Source: Octopus sinensis (taxonomy: Eukaryota). From it: DNA of 64,000 nt. The notes under the pieces were generated by a model, which searched no databases, was not told where the DNA came from, and was given only the letters and a program-made list of their open reading frames with translations. The stretch spans positions 50,096,001 through 50,160,000 of the forward strand of contig NC_043000.1 of assembly GCF_006345805.1 (NCBI RefSeq), read 5' to 3'. The position numbers and the translations under genes were made by a program. Positions 1 to 15,062 of the stretch are shown here, piece by piece. Position 1 is the first letter of the stretch, and the number at the start of each line of letters is the position of its first letter.

Positions 1-471
1 ATGTGTATATGTGTATATGTATATATATATGCATTATATTATGTTTGTATATACAAATGCACACACACACATATGCATACACACACTTGTATAGACATTA
101 CAGTATGTTTGTCTACACAAATATACATATACACCATTGTCATCATCATCATCATCATCATCATCATGTAATGCACATTTTCTATGATGGCATGAGTTAA
201 ACATTCTGGTAGAAGATGGATGGCAAGTCAGAAGACTGCACCAAACTCTACACACACGCACAAACACACATACACACACATGCACACATACACAAGGAGT
301 AAAGTGATTGACATTAGAAAGGGCATCAGGCCATAGAAACCATGTCAAGGCAACCAATGGCACATGATGTAGTTGTTGGACTCAATGGATCAAATGAGTT
401 TAAGAACTACATCACAGATCCTGTCAAACTATCCAACCAATACCAGCATGGAACATGCATGTTAAATAATG

Positions 472-512
<41 letters not shown>

Positions 513-819
513 GCTATGTGTATGTATGATGATGATGATTATGCTATGTGTATATATGGATCAGCCAGGTGACAAATTTTTGAATTCATATAGATATCAA
601 TAAAAAGGGTTACTAAATTCACAGATGTTTGTGGTAAATGCAGAAGGGAGTAGGGACGACTAGAACAGAGTGGGCTCTTAAGGATTCAAGTCAGCTATAT
701 CCAGAGTGGTATGCAAAGCTTCATTATAAAATTGTATGTTCCATATGCATAACAGTCAGCAAAGAATGTGGCTAAGTGGACAATAGGGTGAAAGCAAAAC
801 AACAAACAGACCAGCTATT

Positions 820-1175
820 ACTAGCCATATGCATTGCATGTTCATACTAATGCAGGCTCCTCTCTTACAAACTACATCAGATCCCTATTATATCCAATTT
901 TCCTTTCAATTCATGCACACTAACATAACACATTCAGCAGAGCATATTTGCTTCATTTTTCCCCAGCCTTTGCACACACCTTGCATTCAATGCTTTGTTT
1001 TGCTACTATGCAACACTGCACTTCGCAATGCAAGTATCATGCAATCTACCCTTCACTTGAAAGAAAAACGCTTTGTTACCAGCAGAGACAATAGCCCTCT
1101 GAACTTTTACCATTCTGTTTTTACTCTTGTTACAATCATTTCAGAGCACCCACTTCCACTATTATTTATGCTGCA
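820..1175 (-). mobile_element. Old RTE LINE fragment (region C-terminal to the RT)
   Basis: Reverse complement 'aaagttcagagggctattgtctctgctggtaacaaagc...gtgaagggtagattgcatgatac...aaatgaagcaaatatgctc' aligns by eye to 35650-35830. Confidence 0.7.
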
Positions 1176-3288
1176 AAGATAACAAAACTAATTCTATGGA
1201 ACCTGCCAAGGAACTGAAAGAATTTTGCAGGTGCCTCTCAAATGATGATGATAATGATACATATTACTCACACATGGACACAGACACACACATATTTACA
1301 CACATATAACTTGGGGGTTAGCTGTAAACTCCTCAAGAAACACTCACTACCTGATGACCTGCTATGTGACTTCAGAGTTGCTGGATTAATCTACCCCAAC
1401 AAATAATTAGAACAAAACACATTAGAATAAAACACATTGCTTATCTAAAAATGTTTCACAAGGCTATATTTCTTGTAAACTTGAGGATGCTTACATTAAC
1501 CTAAAGTGTAGCTTTTATTGTCCCCCATGACTGTTACAATATATCACATTTCAATAGTTACACTTTTGCAATTCAAGAGCAGAAGATGCTGCAGAATATC
1601 AAATGAACAAAAGAGATAGTGAAACCTTCAAACCTCTGAGATGTGACCCCAAAATTTTGGTTATGTCATATTTCTGTAGAAAGCATTAGAAATGTGATCA
1701 GCAATATCCTAAAATTGTCATTAATGTACATTATACAATACCATCTATAGGAAAGAACATCTTATAATAAATATAGAGAATACTCTTATTATTGACTACA
1801 CCCATATGTTTCAATGCAAAAGTAATTTGGTGGAATATTCTCACCAAAACTATGGTTCAGTGAATACATGAGGTATATAGAAAACTTATGTACAGTAACA
1901 GAGGTCAGCTGCCTTGTGAATGTGGACATTTATTTCAAAATCACTGAGAAAGAAATTATTTACAAACAACTGATTTGAAACCAATAGATTTTCTACATAG
2001 ATTATAAATTTAGGTATACCATTATACCTGTAAATATGGGTACCTTTTTATGCTTCTTTTCTGTGTAGGGAGGGGGCATGTTATGCTGATTTGTGCTGAT
2101 AAATATCTAAGAGACAATCACAGAAAGTTAGAGTTTTCTGAGAAAGACCAGCTAATATAGACTCTGCAAATGCAATTTATGAGTAGAAGAATAAATATAT
2201 GCAGAACATTTTAAAAGTTCAGCATGTGCATGACTGAAAGGTAAAAAAGGCAGAATTTGAACTCAGAACATGAAGGCGTGAGAAATGCCACAAAGCATTT
2301 TGTTTGGCAATGCTAACAATTCTACCAGGTCACCACCTTAAATGAAGATGATAATGATAATGATAATCTCTCACTCAATAATAATAAGAAGAAGAAGAAC
2401 AACAACAACAACAACAATTCTTTCTACTATAGGTGCAAGGCCTGAAATTTTAGGGGTTGTATTAAGTGGTTGTATTAACCCCAGTACTCCACTAGTAATT
2501 ATTGTATCGATCCTAAGAGAATGAAAAGCGAAGTTGGCTTCAGCAACATTTGAGCTTTGAATGTAAAACTGGACAAAATATCACTAAGCATTTTGTCCAG
2601 GATGCTACCAATTCTGCCAGCTCAATGCCTTAAATAATGATAATAACATTAATAAATTGTTATCTTGATTGTTTCTGCCAGGATACAGTAATATTTGGTT
2701 TGACACTATTTGGTGTTTATTTTTGCTAAGAAAGATAGTCATTAAAAACACCTTCTCTTTATCTTTTTGTAATCATTTCACAAAAGTATACAGGAAGCAA
2801 ACAAAATATTGAAGGTTTATATTTTTAAGTTCATGATTCAGAATTAATTGTTTAAACTACAAGGTTAATGAGTAAGAAAAAGAAAGAAAAGAAACAAATA
2901 GAATATCTCATTTTCTTATTTGGAAATGTTTCAAATGTTAGTAAAAAATAAGATAAACAATAATCAAATGGCGCTTAGTCTGAATGCTATTAATAAATTA
3001 GATTTTATATATTTGTGAATTAAATCAGAGAGAGAGAAAAAAAGCAGCAATTAAATTCCCTTGATTAAAAATCTAAATTAAATTTTGCTTGTAGATTCTC
3101 TCCCAATCCAATATTTTGTTATCGATGTTCCTTGAGAAATTACTAATTATTTATTATTATTATTACCAAGCATGATGCTTACATGAATTTTGTGGATTGT
3201 TGTGTATAATACAGTACAGGCAATCAATCATACAAGATTGTAGGGATTTGTGTCCTGTCACCTCAAAATGAGTTACATTAATGACTAT

Positions 3289-3498
3289 TTAACCCTTTTG
3301 TTACAATTTTTATGTTCAGATGTATTGCCGTGTTTCAATTAATTTTGAAAATAATGAAGAATTTATTAAAATAACATGTCTGAAATACAAATTAGCATGA
3401 AATTTTAGGGGAAGTTTTAATTTAGATGATTTTAAAACAGAAAATTTGCATCACAGAACCAGGGGTGAGTTCAGGAGGATTGGCAGCAAAAGGCTTAA
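3289..3498. mobile_element. piggyBac-type MITE, family M2
   Basis: TTAA-CCCTTTTGTTAC ... GCAGCAAAAGGC-TTAA. Related copies at 26896-27109 and about 22325-22440 (partial, reverse). Confidence 0.6.
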
Positions 3499-3961
3499 AC
3501 AACCCAAATAAGGCAAGAATTTTGTTCTTTTTCAAGCAACAGCAAGTGTGATGTGCTTCACAATACCAACTATGGAATTGCAATGTCCTATTAGCTTTGG
3601 TAGGTCTTCAGTTTCATGTTGTGTGTGTTTGCCAATAACTACATCAATGTTGCTGAGTGGTCTTCTTGCTCTATTAGAAGTCTCCAAAAATACATCTAAT
3701 ATGGGCTGTTGTTCAGTATGAGAGCAGTGGGCAGCAAAGCTTACCCTGCATTAAACAACAATAGGTGTAATTAACAACTGTATTCAACAGCTGAAAAACT
3801 GACTAGAAATAGCAGTTAAATCTCCCTTAAACCACACTGTTCCTACTAGAAAAAAGGTAAGACATCAGATAATGTAGTTCAGAGTATACACCATGAAGAA
3901 ACAGTGAATCTGTCATAACATTAATGCATTTGATCACAGAAAGGCTTGAATGAAGGCCAGC

Positions 3962-4177
3962 TTAACCCTTTGGCATTTACTTAAATGTAATGCTTATTTA
4001 TTTACATTGTTTTAAATTACTCAAGCATTATCTCATAACTTTGAGTTTTGGATGACGTGATTGTTTATTTTTAGAATGCTATTGGAGGGTAAGTTGGAGA
4101 GGTTAGATCTGGCTGGTCTGAACATAAAACAAGATATAATAAATGGGCTGGATATGGCCGAAATGCTAAAGAGTTAA
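3962..4177. mobile_element. piggyBac-type MITE, family M1
   Basis: TTAA-CCCTTTGGCATTT ... AAATGCTAAAGAG-TTAA, i.e. TIR plus TTAA target site. Confidence 0.75.
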
Positions 4178-7100
4178 GCTTAAGCAATTGTTGATTTGCA
4201 AATATCTAAGCAATCTATTACTTTGCAAGGCTGACATTAGTTCCATCAATGAGATAAGTAACCTGTGATAGACTAGCATTCTTTACAAAAGTAAAGTTTT
4301 TCTCATCTCATCTACTTAATATGCCAACACCATGAGCTGGAGACATGCAGGAAAGACAGACAAATACACATTGATTTACACATAGACAAGATCAAACTGA
4401 TCATCCACATCCTACATTAACCCTTCACCTGTCCTGTGTATCACTTTTGTTGTTGTTTGTTTGTTCCTTCTCGAGCTATGCCTGGCTCATAAGAGCCAGT
4501 TTCCCAGTTTCCTTGGTGTATCATCTCCCCACCTGGACGGGACGCCGATCCGTCACAGGTGAGCTGCAAGATGCAGGAGGAAAGAGTGAGAGAAAGTTGT
4601 GGCGAAAGAGTTAACAGAAGTTTGCCATTACCTTCTGCTGGAGGTATGTGGAGCTTAGGTATTTCACTCATAAACACACACATCGCCTGGTCTGAGATTC
4701 AAACCCGCAATTCCTTGACCGTGAGTCCGCTGCTCAAACCACTAGGCCATGTGCCTCTACACAGGACATTTTTCCCTGGCATCCACACATCACATATGTT
4801 TCACATTCTTAATTTTCTATCACCCACCAGACTAACATGGGAATTATAAAAGGAAAGCTTTATATTCCTCAGAATGTGTGAAACCAGGGTTAACTAAAAA
4901 TCTGAAAACAAGCATGGGTATTTAGAACAAACTCATAAAAATGGCAAGCAAAGTGTTAAATACTTTTTTCCATTTTTCTCACTCATTCCTTTCAAGTGAT
5001 ATATACCTGAAATTCTCTTCATGACCACCTTTTCCCACTAGGTGTCAATCTATAGCATTTAAAACTTAACATCAACACAAGCAAAATACACCAGTTGAAG
5101 TAATTAATAAATAAAAATTAGTTAATGAGGAAGTGGTGTTGCAAGATTGTTCTGCTTCATATAATGAAAGATTTGTAGCCCTGTCAGTCAGTGTGTCACA
5201 TAAACTTCAGTTTAGTGTTTCTTTCAACAAATAAATAAACCTTACTGAATAGAATTTGCACATCATATATTATACATAGTGTAAATAATGAAACCTCACA
5301 TTTATAAGAAATAGAAATGATACTATATAGCATGCATGTCTTTGCCAAAGGTGTTATATGAGGGGAAAAGGAAATGAAAGTAGGCTACAGATGTAGTTCA
5401 AGAACTTACAATTATAGCATACCATGCCACCTACTCTATTCTCTCTCTCTCTCTCTCATTCATATATGCACATGTATTAGAATAATGTCTCTAAAAAAAA
5501 ACTTGTTATAAATTTACTATTCTCTATTAAATAAATGGAGGAATAAAATAAAAATGATTCTAGACAAACTTTTGAAAATTACTACAATCTATTTCAGGAG
5601 ATAAATGTGATTCGATGCTCAAAATACCATAAGATAGTTTTCACAACCAAGAAGGAATAAATATTTAACTTCTGGCAAAAAGATAAGCTTGTTCACAACA
5701 TTGAAAAAGGCTTAAGTACAAATCTGACACTACCAGAGGAAATATAAATGGTAGAGAAGAAATTTATTTTCATTACAAGCAGAGTTGTGTACTCAAAATA
5801 AAACTGAAGAAAGCACTAAGCTGAGCTGAAGGATATTCAGATAACAAAATCCATCAGACCAGCAAAGGAAATGATAGTGAAAACTGATAGTTTTACAGTG
5901 TTGGATCAAAATAAAAATTCAATAAGATTTTCTAGTTTTCTGTACAGTAGATTACGTACAACTTATAGCCTTGGATAGTATCTTCTTTTCTATTTAAACA
6001 TAAAACTAATTCATTTCTAACTCTCTCCTAAAGTTGAGTAGCCATGTAACTTTCCTATAAGAGTCTGTTCTGCTCCCCTACCCTTACACCTTTCATACCT
6101 TAATCCTCATCTGCCAGCATAAGGCCCCTTCCTATGGGTTTTGTATGCTCCTAAGCTATATGGCAAACTCACTAGTGCCACTGGCACAAGAAAAGCACCC
6201 AGTGCACATTGTAAAAAAGGTTGATTTTAGAAAGGACATCCAGACAGTGAAACCATTCCAAAGCAGACGATGGAGCACAATGCAATCTTTCGACCCACTC
6301 GATCCTAACAAACCAGCTTACCCATACCAGCACGAAACACAGACGTTAAATGATGATGATATGTGTGAAAATATCAATAATCTGGATTTCAATTCAAAGC
6401 AAAAAGAGAATAATTCACATTCTTGAAGAGAATTTTTTCAGAAGGAAGATACCAATCAAAAATACTACAAGGAAGCGTGTTTTACTTTTTTATTTATGAC
6501 ATAGAGAAGAGTCAAGTCCATGACTTTTAAAAGGACATAAAAAAAGAAAAGCAACAAACTGTCTTCAATCTGAAGACCTGACTTATCCAACATACTACTC
6601 ATCAGCATCTAACTTGTAATCACATAATTGCAAGGCAAACTCCTTAACTATGTGGTTATACAGGGATTGATACTGTCGTAAGACAGATTTACTGATGCTC
6701 TTCAGATGGAAAGAGGCAATATGATATCATCATCCTAATATCCCTCTATTTTTATGCTTGCATGGGTTAGACAGAATTGATTGAGGCAGATTTTCTACAG
6801 CCAGATGCCTTACCTGTTGCCAACCCTCACCAGTTTCTGTACTAGGTGATATTCCCTCATTGTTTGGCATGTTTTCATGAAAGATTAGAAACAAACATCA
6901 TTGCATGTGACCATGATGAGAATTTACAACTATCACTCAATGCCAAGACAACGAGGCACAAACATACATACATACATACATACATACATACAAACATACA
7001 TACATACATTGATGCATGCATGCATACATACATACATACATACATACATACATACATACATACATACATGCATATATGTATCACTTGTTAAGTTTATCGC

Positions 7101-10054
7101 CACTGATTTTCTATAGAAATTATCGCCAGCACTGTAGAGAGAACTTTAACAAGTGATGTAATAGCAGTGCTAACACAGCAGAACACAGTATTTACTTTTA
7201 AAAAAGATTTAATATACTTTTAGTATATTATGGTTGCATAAAATATGGTGTCTCTACAATTCATTTGTATACAAAATATATAAATATAGCCTGTCGTGTG
7301 TGTGTGTACGACAGACTTCTTTCAGTTTCTGTCTCCCAGATCCACTCATGAGGCTTGGTCAATCCAAGACTATAGTAGAAGACACTTACTTGCTCAAGGC
7401 ACATTACAGTAAGGCTGAACCCAAGACCATGTAATTTGGAAGTGAATGTCTTAACCACACAGCCATTCTGTATGAATAAAGTTAATGCTAGACAAAGCCA
7501 AACTCAATAGATTTGGAGTTTTGTAATTTTAGCAGTCATCAGCTTGAGACTTTACACCGGAGTTATTTACATAAATTACATTTAGAAATCAGTAACCCAT
7601 CTTGAAAAGGAAATATACCGAATGAAATTGGTTTTAGAAGGTAGAAGCTATTGAATCAGCTTACAATTCAAAGGAGGGAACTCAGTAAATATTGAAAGAA
7701 CTTGTAATTTGTGAAAGCACATGTCTCAGTGGTTAGCATGTCAGGCTTACAATGGTGAAGTTGTGAGTTCGATCCTTGGACTGGGTTGTGTGTTGTGTCG
7801 TTGAGCAAGACACTTTATTTCATGTTGCTCCAGTTCAATCAGTTGTTGAAATGAGTTGCGACATTACTGGTGCTGAACCATGTCAGCCTTTGCCTTTCCC
7901 TTGGACAACATTGGTGGCATGAAGAGGAGAGACTGGTATGCATGGGTGCCTGATGGTCTTCCATAAACAACCTCGCCCAGACTTGTGTCTAGGAGGGTAA
8001 CTTTCCAGGTGTAATCCCATGGTCCTTTGCAACCAATGGAGCTCTTATACCCTTTCTCTTTTTACTCATAATATACTGACAAAGCTTATTGAGGATAAGA
8101 TGGATTTAGAAATTCTACCTCGAAGTACTAAAAATGTTTTAAAGACACATATTCGCATGATTATCTCTGATTATCTCATGATATTCTCATGATAATCTCT
8201 GTGAAATGATAACAAATACTCAAAGATAAAATACTTTTGTATGATTGTTTTAAAAAGAATTCCTTAATAGATAATCTTTTACTTGCTTCAGTCACTGTAC
8301 TGCAGTTTGATGGAGCACCACCTGAAAGGGTTCTAGTTGAACAGATCAATTCCAATATTTATTTTCTAAATCTGGTACTTATTTTATTGGTCTCTTACAA
8401 AACTGCTAAGTTACAAAGATATAAACAAGCCAACACTGGTTATCAAAGTGGTGGGAGGGGAGATTTAACAAGCAAAAAAGAGATGTGCACACACACACAC
8501 ACACACATGTATATACTAGACATATTGAATGGGCTTCCTCACAATTCCCATCAACCAAATTCACTCACAAAACATTGGCCAGTAGAAGACATTTGCCCAA
8601 CATTTGGCAAAATGGGACAGAATTTGAAACCATGTAGTTTCAAAGTGGAGAGTAAGCAATGTTTCTCTTTCTTAAAAAAAACTGTTATTGTTTGACCCAA
8701 GGTAAATCTTGACCAATCAGACCTATAATCAAAAAAATACATTCCAGTTATACAACATCCTGTTTTTAATAGGGGAGGTTATCTAAAGTGACATTATCTG
8801 GGGTGTCCTTCATATATTTTTCAGCTAATAGCAAGTAATTCAATGGAGATTTGTTTATTATTTTTAGCAGGACATGTAACCACATAGAGACCCCCCCCAC
8901 TTCCTCATTGGCTTGTTAGCTAAATTATTTCCTTCCATATATAGAAGCAGAAAAAGTTTTGTTTCAAATTTTTAAATGCCAGAGTTACTTTTTTTAATAT
9001 TTTACTTTATTTAATCTACGAGGTAATTTCTTTTTATAATTTTATGAGTAAAATATAATTCCATTAGAAATAGTAACACATTTCATTGTCAGACATTCCT
9101 TTTTTATTTGAGAAATTTTATGTTAGATGCTTCTATTTCCAATACATTGAAAAGCTATTTCAATCAGCTTGTTATAAAGGTGTATTGTGAAATTACTATG
9201 ATTTCATGGCATAAACATATTCAGCATTCATTTCACATTTCAAATATGTATGTAGAAATATAAAATACATACAGAGGAAAATATAAACGTGTGTGCATAT
9301 GTATATGTGTGTGTGTGTGTGCATGCATGTACATATGAGTGTGTGTGAGAGGTGTTAGAAAGTGTATAAAAGAAAGAGTGTATATAATGTGGTTAGGTAG
9401 TGATGCACTTACTGATTGTATGCAAAAAAATTCTCAATGAAGTGAAATTTGCTTTTCAGATGGGGCAGCAAAACAAGGGAGCTAGGAGTAATTGCTAGAA
9501 AAGAGGAGATAATTCTTAGAAATCATCATTGTCACCAAATATAATTTTAACATCCACTTCCCCATGATTGCATGGGTTGGATGCAATGTTTTTGAGGCAT
9601 ATTTTTCTACGGCCACGTGCCTTTCCTGTCACTGACCATCACCTGTTCTTGAATAAGGTAATATTTCTACATGACCAGAAATGTTTTCATGGAAGATAGC
9701 AAATGAAGGACATGTCTTGCACAAAGGTGAAACTCATTTACAACTAGCACAAAATGTCAATGAAGGTTGATAGTGACACACACACATGTATATATGCATA
9801 CATGTATGCGTGTGAATTTGTATTACACACACACACACATATATATATTATCATCATCTAAGAAGTGCCCTTTCTTTCATAGGGAAATATTAGCTTCATT
9901 GGAAACAAGTGAAGACTGGTGACCGGAAGAGGTATCTAGATATAGAAAATGTGTCGCAAATTACATTTGCCCCATATGAACATAGAAAGGTGAATGTTAA
10001 AATGATGACGATAATATAAATGTGTGTGTGTGTTTGTGTAATCATTAGTATATA

Positions 10055-10090
<36 letters not shown>

Positions 10091-10252
10091 TCATGTGTAC
10101 AAATATATGAATCTATAATATATATAGATATATAGATATAGTTCAGTAAAAATTTAGATTCAGATGAATATGGTACTTAAGTTGAGGCACCAGAATTTAG
10201 TATGGTATTATCCATACAATTTAAAATAAGGTGATTATAACCAAAATATGCC

Positions 10253-10296
10253 ACAAGGATATCCAGAGGTAATGCATTACCTCTGGATATCCTTGT
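10253..10296. repeat. Perfect 44-bp palindrome inside an island between TA tracts
   Basis: acaaggatatccagaggtaatg|cattacctctggatatccttgt, no spacer and no mismatch. Confidence 0.9.
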
Positions 10297-10333
10297 TGTT
10301 TATTTTGATAAATAGATATAGATATACAAATAC

Positions 10334-10388
<55 letters not shown>

Positions 10389-11253
10389 ATGTAGGCAGCT
10401 ATCCACAAGTAACTTGTATTTTTAATCCTTATTATATACACATCTACAAGTATATACATCTGTGATATATGTATTCAAATATAACTAATATCTTTATACT
10501 TTACATGTTTATATAGAAGTTTGCATGCATGCATGTATGTATGTATATATGTATGTATGTATGTATGTATGTAAGTATGTATGTATGTATGTATGTATGT
10601 ATGTATGTATTTATGCATGATAAATGAATATATATACCTACAAACGATATGTGTATACAGAGAAGCAAGCATAACCTCATCCACACACAGAGACAAAGGT
10701 AAAACTGGAAGAGATGATAAAAATAGCAACTGAATATCTAGAGAGGAGGAGGAGAAACAAATGCACTTGAATTATGATCACTGTTTACCTACAACCCAAC
10801 AAGATAAACAAAGGTTTTCAATGATTCCCTCCTACCACCTCAATAAAGATGCATCTATACAACAACAATTACATCAATAGCAGCAGCAACAACAAAAACT
10901 AAGAGCGGCATGTCGCTTTAATTACACACTGAAATTCAACAACAGATTGATATTGTTTCACACTAGACATCCTACAACTATTGTTACATTCTAATAGCAG
11001 TACAGCAGCTTCTCGCAGTAAGTACACTATGCTACAGCTGCCAAGTATAAGATGATGCTATCAACACGGTAAACATTCTAAATGACCTTTTTTTTTTATT
11101 TTCAGTCTTTTCAAATAAAAGAGTAAGTTTACTTCTGTTGCAATATATATCCTCTTAGAAAATTTACGTGCTTAAAATAAAATGCACATGTTTGACACAA
11201 TAAATACACACACACACACACGCACACACAGAGTATACATATATATATCTATA

Positions 11254-11523
11254 GGTGCAGGAGTGGCTGTGTGGTAAGTAGCTTGCTTACCAACCACATA
11301 GTTCCAGGTTCATTCCCACTGTGTGGCACCTTGGGCAAGTGTCTTCTACTATAGCCTTGGGCTGACCAAAGCTTTGTGAGTGGATTTGGTAGATGGAAAT
11401 TGTAAGAGGCCCGTCGTACTAGGGTTACAAAGAATAAGCCCTAGGGTCAATTTGCTCAACTAAAGGCAGTGCTCCAGTATGGCCTCTGTCAAATGACTGG
11501 AACAAGTAAAAGAGATAAAAGAG
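11254..11523 (+). mobile_element. tRNA-derived SINE family S1 (internally deleted copy)
   Basis: A/B-box head (tggctgtgtggtaag...ggttcattccc), CORE-like 'gcaccttgggcaagt', tail 'caaatgactggaacaagtaaaagag'. Confidence 0.8.
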
Positions 11524-11539
11524 ATATAGATAGATAGAT

Positions 11540-11741
11540 TCTTTTTATTCTTTTATTCTTTTATTTGTTTCCATCATTTGACTGCAGTGATGCTGGAGCA
11601 CCACCTCCAGTTGAGCAAATCGACCCCAGGACTTATTCTTTGTAAGCCTAGTACTTATTCTATCAGTCTTTCTTGCTGAACTGCTAAGTGACGAGGACGT
11701 AAACACACCAGCATCGGTTGTCAAGCGATGTTGGGGGGACC

Positions 11742-11805
<64 letters not shown>

Positions 11806-11972
11806 AATACGACGGGCTTCTTTCAGTTTCCGTCTACCAAATCCACTCACAAGGCTTTGGTCGGCCTGAGGCTATAGTGGAAGACACTTACCCAAGGTGC
11901 CATGCGGTGGGACTGAACCCAGAACCATGTGGTTAATAAGCAAGCTATTTACCACACAGCCACTCCTGCGCC
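11540..11972 (-). mobile_element. SINE family S1, full-length with internal (CA)n
   Basis: Reverse complement matches the 43719-44115 copy. Confidence 0.85.
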
Positions 11973-12014
11973 TATAAAAGCCACTTATATGTAGATAGAT
12001 AGATAGATAGATAT

Positions 12015-12072
<58 letters not shown>

Positions 12073-12265
12073 TGACATACGTATACATTATATAAAATTT
12101 GTGGGTAAGGCTGGATGGAACAATGCGAAATAAATCCAAGGCAAATCACAAGAAAACAGGTATATGAATTAATGGTGACTTACCCTGCATTCACTATTTC
12201 AGTTTTATGACCCACTGTTCAGGAACTAGCGAATATTTCAGATGTACATGTGTGTAAGTATTTAT

Positions 12266-12515
12266 ACTCTTTTACTTGTTTCAGTCATTTGACTGTGACC
12301 ATGCTGAATCACCACCTTTAGTCGAGCAAATCAACCCCAGGATTTACTGTTTTAAAGCTTGGTACTTATTATATCAGTCTCTTTTGCTGAACCACTAGAT
12401 CTGGAGATATAATGACAACAACACCAGTTGTCAAGCAGTGGTGGGGAACAAACACAGGCACAAAAGACACATATACATACAGTCATACACACACACATAT
12501 ATGTGTGTGTGTATG

Positions 12516-12548
<33 letters not shown>

Positions 12549-12571
12549 GTATATATATATATATATATATC

Positions 12572-12605
<34 letters not shown>

Positions 12606-12616
12606 ATACACACATG

Positions 12617-12647
<31 letters not shown>

Positions 12648-13056
12648 CACACACACACAACAGGTCTTTTCAGTTTCAGTCTGCCAAATCCACTAACAAG
12701 GGTTTGATTGGCCTGATGCTGTAGTAGAAGACACTTGTCCAAGATGCCATGCAGTGGGACTGAATCTGGAACCGTGTGGCTGAAAAGCCTTAAGAGTGGA
12801 TTTGGTAGACGGAAACGGAAAGAAGCCCATCGTGTATATATATATATACATATATGTGTGTGTGTTTGTGTGTTTGTGTGTTTGTCCCCCAACATTGCTT
12901 GACAACTGATGCTGGTTTGTTTACGTCCCCATAACTTAGCGGTTCGGCAAAAGAGACCGATAGAATAAGTCCTGGGGTCGATTTGCTCGACTAGAGGCAG
13001 TGCTCCAACATGGCCACAGTCAAATGACTGAAACAAGTAAAAGAGTAAAAAGAGTA
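12266..13056. mobile_element. Two 5'-truncated S1 SINE copies head-to-head (12266-12781 minus; 12785-13056 plus)
   Basis: Both carry the S1 body and tail, in opposite orientations, joined within about 5 bp. Confidence 0.8.
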
Positions 13057-13445
13057 ACCAGAAATTACAATGATATATCACGAATTTCCAGCTCTCCCTC
13101 CACCCCAACCAACTTTCTCTTCTAAGCCTAAGTAGTCATATAGAAACCTCTTTCACTCTAGCCCTTTTTTCTTATATCTTACCCTTCTCTACGCAATCCC
13201 TGATGACCCCACCTCCCCATTTGAGGTTTGTAGCATTGTATGCTACATACGGACCCCAGCAGTGCTGGTAGGAAGACAAAAGTAACCAGTACACACTGTA
13301 AATTGTTTAGCATTAAGAAGGGCATCCATCTATTGAAACCATGCCACATATATACTAGAGTATGATGCACTCATTGGTCTTAGGATCTTGTCCATCTAAC
13401 CCATGCCAGAATAGAACATGGATGTTAATTGAAAAGAATAACAAT

Positions 13446-13453
13446 ATATATAC

Positions 13454-13490
<37 letters not shown>

Positions 13491-13579
13491 TATGCACACA
13501 CACACACACACACACATATGCACACACACACACACAAATGTATATATATATATATATCTATATATATATATATACACAC

Positions 13580-13611
<32 letters not shown>

Positions 13612-13686
13612 ATATATATATACATATATATATACACACACACACACAAATGTATATATATATATATACACACACACACACAAATG

Positions 13687-13724
<38 letters not shown>

Positions 13725-13815
13725 TATGCACACACACACATATGCACACACACACATATGCACACACACACATATGCACACACACACATATGCACACACA
13801 CACATATGCACACAC
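13446..13815. repeat. Compound (CA)n/(TA)n microsatellite with higher-order units
   Basis: Repeated 'catatgcacacacaca' and 'cacaaatgtatatatatata' modules. Confidence 0.9.
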
Positions 13816-14554
13816 TGGCTGTTGTCAATGGCTAGGAATCATGAATGTGTTCAAAGATATTCAACTGCTAGCCTCCAGGCACGTATTTCAAAGTGTAGGT
13901 GTACATAATGAAAATTTCATGCATAATTTTTCTCGAACTGTGGAACCTCTTTGCAAGAAATTGCCAATGTTTCTCACATGGAAAAAAGTAGATCAGAAAG
14001 GTCCAAAGTATAACCATTTACTGTGACGAAGACAAATGGGCAGAGAGTCCAGGTAAATATTCTTCCTGAAGTTGGCCAGGTAGCATAGCTTTTTTTTTTA
14101 TATATATATTTCTTCTTTAGCTTTTTTTTTCTTTGTCTGCAGAGAAAGTCTACTCTATGATTAATTTGTAACAACATATTGAACTAACAATACTACGAAT
14201 ACCTGCATTCCACATTTTTGCTTGTACACACACACACACACACACATACATATGCATATATTTATATATATATATCAACACACACTTGTATACTTATGCA
14301 CATATATAAACAAACACATGCACACACACACACACACAAATGTATATATATATACATATATATATACACACACACACACACAAATTCACATAGACATCTA
14401 AATGTACATATACACACAGGCATATATACAATATATACTCATATATATACACACAAACACAAAATTTATAATTTTCTCTTTGTTCAACAACATCAATATT
14501 CCTCTTCCCATGCATATATATAACATATATCATATTTAAAATATGATGTATAAT

Positions 14555-14581
14555 ATATATGATATATGATATATATATATG

Positions 14582-14657
<76 letters not shown>
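14555..14657. repeat. Long (TA)n microsatellite, representative of many (TA)n, (CA)n, (TATG)n and (TAGA)n tracts in the window
   Basis: Read directly. Others at about 6962-7075, 10338-10383, 10535-10610, 11992-12070, 29468-29610 and 46684-46810. Confidence 0.95.
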
Positions 14658-14663
<6 letters not shown>

Positions 14664-14881
14664 AATATAATAGATGAAAAACTTAAGATAATTTTATTTT
14701 AAATTATTTAAACAACAGATTTTAACTTAAATATTCATGAATTATTTAATTACACCAACAACAAACACATGATATGTAAATTAGTCTAGCTATTATAGCT
14801 AAGTTTTAATTTATGTTTCAATTGTAAAGAAAAACAATTTGCTTATAAGTTCTCTTCTTCAACACAAGAATAAGAGGTTAT

Positions 14882-14922
14882 TTTCTTCTGATGAGTAAAC
14901 ACACAATGAAACACGTCAGAGC
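14882..14922 (+). ncRNA. Decayed minimal hammerhead-like motif
   Basis: tttctt CTGATGA gtaaacacacaat GAAAC ac GTC agagc. All core nucleotides are present but stems I and II pair poorly. Followed by a perfect 12-bp hairpin tctcttttactt/aagtaaaagaga (14925-14952). Confidence 0.45.
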
Positions 14923-15062
14923 AATCTCTTTTACTTTTCCAAGTAAAAGAGAATAAGAAATTATATTTATGTCTGTTTAAAATTTCATACTGAAAGGCTT
15001 TAAAAAAATGTATTTTAACTGCTTTAAATTTATCTTAGGTTTTGTAATATACACTGTGTTAA

